A DNA stretch of 10,263 nucleotides from Silvanigrellaceae bacterium (GTDB taxonomy: Bacteria > Bdellovibrionota_B > Oligoflexia > Silvanigrellales > Silvanigrellaceae). The stretch lies in assembly GCA_049423385.1 (NCBI GenBank), contig JBMSQQ010000109.1:1-10263 (forward strand). Reading direction: 5' to 3'. Shown piece after piece: positions 7,174 through 10,263 of this stretch. The translations under genes and the position numbers were made by a program. Under the pieces are notes generated by a model. The model did no database searches and had not been told where the DNA came from. It was given only the letters and a program-made list of their open reading frames with translations. How positions within the stretch are numbered: position 1 is the stretch's first letter; the number at the start of each line of letters is the position of its first letter.

Positions 7174-8067
7174 TCAGATTTCTTTAAACAAATCCTTGAC
7201 CGTCTCCAAAACCTCAACCACCGGGTTGGGGATTTTTCTTTCACCTGTGCACAACCAGACGTCCTCGTATACCCCGGCCATCTCGCCGAGCTTTTTAAGT
7301 TCACCTGCTTTGACGAGATCGCTGACTGCAACATCGGGGACGGCAATCAACCCCACCCCCGAGGCTCCCAGTGATTTTTGCACGGCAGTGTCCTGCGCCT
7401 CGACCACAATTTGTGGAGCAACGCGTTGCTCGGAAAACCAACGGTCGCATTCGTGACGCGTGCGGCTGTGCACGGTCGGCAAAACCAAGGGCTGGGCGTT
7501 CAGGGATTGAGGAAAGTTCTTGTTCAATCCGGAATACTTGCCGGCTCCGAAAATCGATATTTGCAGGGTTGCGATCTTGCGCGACTTCAATCCCTTGATG
7601 TCTTCGGCAAACGGCATCTGGTTTGCAATCACAACGTCCAGCTGGTGATTCGACAACTCGGAGAACAGCGCCGAGGCGTGGCCTTCCACAATTCGCACTC
7701 GACACGGAAAAAGTTCGGTCATTTTTTGTACAATTGTGACAGCAAGTTTCTTCGGCAGGCAATCCTGAATTCCAACATTCACTGCAACACGTTTGGACAA
7801 CGCGCCATCGGCCAACACCTGCAGCAGTTCATCACCCAATTCAGCAATCAGGTTCGCGTACGACAACACGACACGCCCGGCTTCCGTGAGCACCAGCCGA
7901 CGGCCCGTTCTATCAAACAATTCCCGACCGAGCGTGCCTTCGAATGTTCGCAATTGTGCGCTCAATGCCGGCTGTCCGACCCGAAGTTTCTCCGAGGCTC
8001 GCGCGATGGAACCCTCGCGTGCTATTGTCCTGAAGTAGAGAAGATGATGGTAGTTCAACCAACTCAT
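7174..8067 (-). CDS. nhaR: LysR-type transcriptional regulator, NhaR-like
   Basis: N-terminus 'WLNYHHLLYF..IAREGSIARASEKL...QPALSAQLRTFE' is characteristic of the NhaR subfamily, and the LysR substrate-binding domain follows. AAGGA ribosome-binding site 9 nt before ATG 8067. Confidence 0.85.
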   Translation of the reverse strand: MSWLNYHHLLYFRTIAREGSIARASEKLRVGQPALSAQLRTFEGTLGRELFDRTGRRLVLTEAGRVVLSYANLIAELGDELLQVLADGALSKRVAVNVGIQDCLPKKLAVTIVQKMTELFPCRVRIVEGHASALFSELSNHQLDVVIANQMPFAEDIKGLKSRKIATLQISIFGAGKYSGLNKNFPQSLNAQPLVLPTVHSRTRHECDRWFSEQRVAPQIVVEAQDTAVQKSLGASGVGLIAVPDVAVSDLVKAGELKKLGEMAGVYEDVWLCTGERKIPNPVVEVLETVKDLFKEI

Positions 8068-8115
8068 CAGCAAATTTCCTTTCTCGTCTGTTCCCCAAAA
8101 GCAGGCGGGCAGTCA

Positions 8116-8134
8116 GATTCGATTTATTCGAATC
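8116..8134. promoter_or_regulatory. LysR-type T-N11-A palindromic operator
   Basis: GATTCGA-TTTAT-TCGAATC has perfect 7-bp arms and fits T8119-N11-A8131. It lies in the divergent lysR/terC intergenic region about 50 bp upstream of the regulator start. Confidence 0.7.
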
Positions 8135-8211
8135 ATACATATCCTTTTATGTTATTTAATCAATACCAATTCTGTCGATACTCATTGTCAGGAAGATATT
8201 TGGAGTGAGTG

Positions 8212-9150
8212 ATGCCAGAAATACAAACGTCATTTTGGGTTATTTTTCATCTTTTCGTCTTTGCCATGCTGGCTTTGGACCTTGGGGTCTTTCATCGAAA
8301 GTCTCATGTTGTTTCGATGAAAGAAGCCCTCAGCTGGACAACTGTCTGGATTGCCCTGGCACTGCTCTTCAATGTCTGGGTCTATTTCGAATTTGGCAAG
8401 CAATATGCGGTTGAGTTTTTCACCGGTTATCTGGTCGAAAAGTCGCTGAGCGTCGACAACATTTTTGTTTTCACAATGATTTTTGCAGCTCTCCAGATAC
8501 CCCGGGTTTTCCAGCACAAGGTCTTGTTCTGGGGAGTCCTGACGGCACTCGCGTTGCGGGCTGTGATGATCTTTGCGGGTGTCAAACTCATCGAAAACTT
8601 CCATTGGATGATTTACGTCTTTGGCGGGCTTCTGATTGTCACCGCATTGAAAATGCTCAAGGACACCAGCACAACTGAACTGCACGTGGAAAAGAGCCTG
8701 CCGCTGCGCATCCTCGGTTGGTTCATGCCGGTGACAAACAAAAACGACGAAGAAAAGTTCCTCATTCGCGAAAACGGAAAATGGGTTGCGACTCCATTGC
8801 TTGCGGCGCTCATTCTGGTTGAAACGAGCGACGTCGTTTTTGCAGTCGACTCGATTCCGGCCATTCTCGCAATCTCCAAAGAACCCTTCATCATCTACAC
8901 GAGCAACATCTTCGCCATCATGGGCTTGCGCTCGCTCTATTTCGTACTGGCAGACCTGGCCAACCGCTTTGTCTTCCTCAAGTACGGACTTTCGGCAGTG
9001 CTGCTCTTTGTTGGCGGCAAAATGATGCTTGTGGACTATGTGAAGGTTCCACCCATGATCTCGCTCGCCGTGGTGGGGTCATTGCTGGCTCTTTCTGTGA
9101 TCTTCTCGCTGCTGTACACATCCCGCCGCCCCAAAAGCCTTCCCCAATAG
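8212..9150 (+). CDS. terC: TerC family membrane protein, Alx-type
   Basis: Motifs 'LALDLGVFHRK', 'EFFTGYLVEKSLSVDNIFVF', 'QHKVLFWGVL', 'ETSDVVFAVDSIPAI' and 'SNIFAIMGLRSLYF'. GGAG ribosome-binding site at 8202-8205; GTG 8209 is an alternative start. Confidence 0.93.
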   Translation: MPEIQTSFWVIFHLFVFAMLALDLGVFHRKSHVVSMKEALSWTTVWIALALLFNVWVYFEFGKQYAVEFFTGYLVEKSLSVDNIFVFTMIFAALQIPRVFQHKVLFWGVLTALALRAVMIFAGVKLIENFHWMIYVFGGLLIVTALKMLKDTSTTELHVEKSLPLRILGWFMPVTNKNDEEKFLIRENGKWVATPLLAALILVETSDVVFAVDSIPAILAISKEPFIIYTSNIFAIMGLRSLYFVLADLANRFVFLKYGLSAVLLFVGGKMMLVDYVKVPPMISLAVVGSLLALSVIFSLLYTSRRPKSLPQ

Positions 9151-9170
9151 CTTTCCTCTTTAGCCCTCCT

Positions 9171-9221
9171 CCGACCCGCGGCCTCGCAGCAGGCATTCTT
9201 CCGCGGGTCGGTTTTCGTTTT
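9171..9221 (+). terminator. Rho-independent terminator of the Alx-type terC
   Basis: Perfect 11-bp stem CCGACCCGCGG (9171-9181) / CCGCGGGTCGG (9201-9211) with a 19-nt loop, followed by TTTTCGTTTT. Confidence 0.7.
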
Positions 9222-9339
9222 CATAACGGCTCCTTAACTCCATAAAATCGATACCGGTGCAGGCTCAAGTTCAATTTCCACCGGGACGATAACATTCTCG
9301 GGAAACGGACAAGAGAATTGGCAGGGAGAGAAGGACAAA

Positions 9340-10263
9340 ATGTCTGGAATTTTGAGAGCAACAACCGTCACCGCCGGCCTTGTCACAACGGGCATGGTGT
9401 TGTTGTCGTGCAGTGCTTCAAGTTTCAAAAGCCTTTTGGGCGGGGGGTCGGGAAAAGCTCCGTCCTCTGCTGCCAACAATTCAAACACCACTCCACCAAC
9501 GACGGAAGTTCTCCCACCGGTTCCCGTGACGGGTTCATTTCTCACAGGCGTGCTTGCCGATTCTGATGGAAGCCTGTTGGCGGGAGCGACCATGACCATC
9601 GTCGCAACCCAACACACAACAACAACCGATTTGAACGGTGAATTCAGGATCCCCGTCAGTGCAATTCCTCCGGGAAACTTCAATATGCGTCTGGCTTTCG
9701 ATCGGGTTGATCCGGACACCGACCAAAAAGAGTTGCTGGAATTTCTGGTCGAAACATCACTGCCGCAGGACCTTGCCGCAAAAGTCGAAAGCGAAAAAAG
9801 CAACACAAGTCTTGTGAAAAATCTTGATGATCGGCTGGGATGGATGTTTCCGCGCAATCCGATTGGGGTCAACAACAGCGACGGTACCGAGGTCAAATAT
9901 ATTCTGCCTTCGGCAACACTGCCAAAAACCGATGCCGGAACAAACCTGAGTATTCTCACAAAATATTCGAACGTCAGCACGGGTTCCTCGGCCAGGTTCG
10001 AATGGACGTTTCCAGGAGCCAACTCAACGGGCTGGAGTGTCGTGATTGCGTATGGGAAAAGTTTCGACCTTGTTTCGCAATGGGCGATGAATCCCGTTGC
10101 AAGCCAAAGTGCGGATCTTTCGACGATTGACACCTATGACAAATGCACGGATACGAGTTTCAGAAACAGCGCAACCGGTGTACTTGATCCCTACGTTGGC
10201 AAGTGTGGCGTGTTGTTCTCACCCACGACAGGAGTGATTCCAAATAAGACCGACGGCTATTTT
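9340..10263 (+). CDS. 3'-truncated lipoprotein with a carboxypeptidase-regulatory-like (prealbumin-fold) beta domain
   Basis: Not in the ORF track because it runs off the window; my translation is open from ATG 9340 to the end. Purine-rich ribosome-binding site (GGAGAGAAGGA). Sequence: MSGILRATTVTAGLVTTGMVLLS-C24 lipobox, a G/S/N/T/P linker, then 'GVLADSDGSLLAGATMTI....TTTTDLNGEFRI....PPGNF'. Confidence 0.85.
   Translation, partial: MSGILRATTVTAGLVTTGMVLLSCSASSFKSLLGGGSGKAPSSAANNSNTTPPTTEVLPPVPVTGSFLTGVLADSDGSLLAGATMTIVATQHTTTTDLNGEFRIPVSAIPPGNFNMRLAFDRVDPDTDQKELLEFLVETSLPQDLAAKVESEKSNTSLVKNLDDRLGWMFPRNPIGVNNSDGTEVKYILPSATLPKTDAGTNLSILTKYSNVSTGSSARFEWTFPGANSTGWSVVIAYGKSFDLVSQWAMNPVASQSADLSTIDTYDKCTDTSFRNSATGVLDPYVGKCGVLFSPTTGVIPNKTDGYF

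Noticed and set aside
7378..8208. 276-aa plus-strand ORF
   Set aside because: Antisense shadow of the LysR gene, with no recognisable motifs.
9437..9447. G-rich run as a phase-variation tract
   Set aside because: The longest run is only G6, it encodes a Gly linker, and the frame is intact.
9234..10133. 299-aa minus-strand ORF in the track
   Set aside because: Antisense shadow of the + strand lipoprotein, which has a ribosome-binding site, a lipobox and a recognisable domain pattern.
1..10263. CRISPR array, rRNA, tRNA, prophage or transposase
   Set aside because: No regularly spaced repeats, RNA gene signatures or mobile-element proteins were seen.

Overview
Chromosomal window of a Gram-negative bacterium, probably Bdellovibrionota/Oligoflexia-like (inferred from the TIGR02147/DUF4423-like HTH gene, its divergent secreted 'GGG..C' partner and an orphan small beta-barrel). 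Gene order: 5'-truncated alpha-helical protein ending in a HEPN-like RxxxxH motif, translationally coupled to a TerC (YkoY/YceF-type) membrane protein; a secreted, probably outer-membrane beta-barrel protein behind a strong sigma-54 promoter match with an upstream 17-bp palindrome; murJ and a D-2-hydroxyacid dehydrogenase (minus strand); a structured 313-bp intergenic gap; a TIGR02147-like HTH gene divergent from a secreted HExxY protein; an NhaR-like LysR regulator divergent from a second, Alx-type TerC; and a 3'-truncated lipoprotein missing from the ORF track. No CRISPR, rRNA, tRNA or transposase was seen. Best novelty candidates: the HEPN-like/TerC coupling, the TIGR02147 regulator plus secreted HExxY cassette, and the sigma-54/enhancer-controlled orphan barrel.
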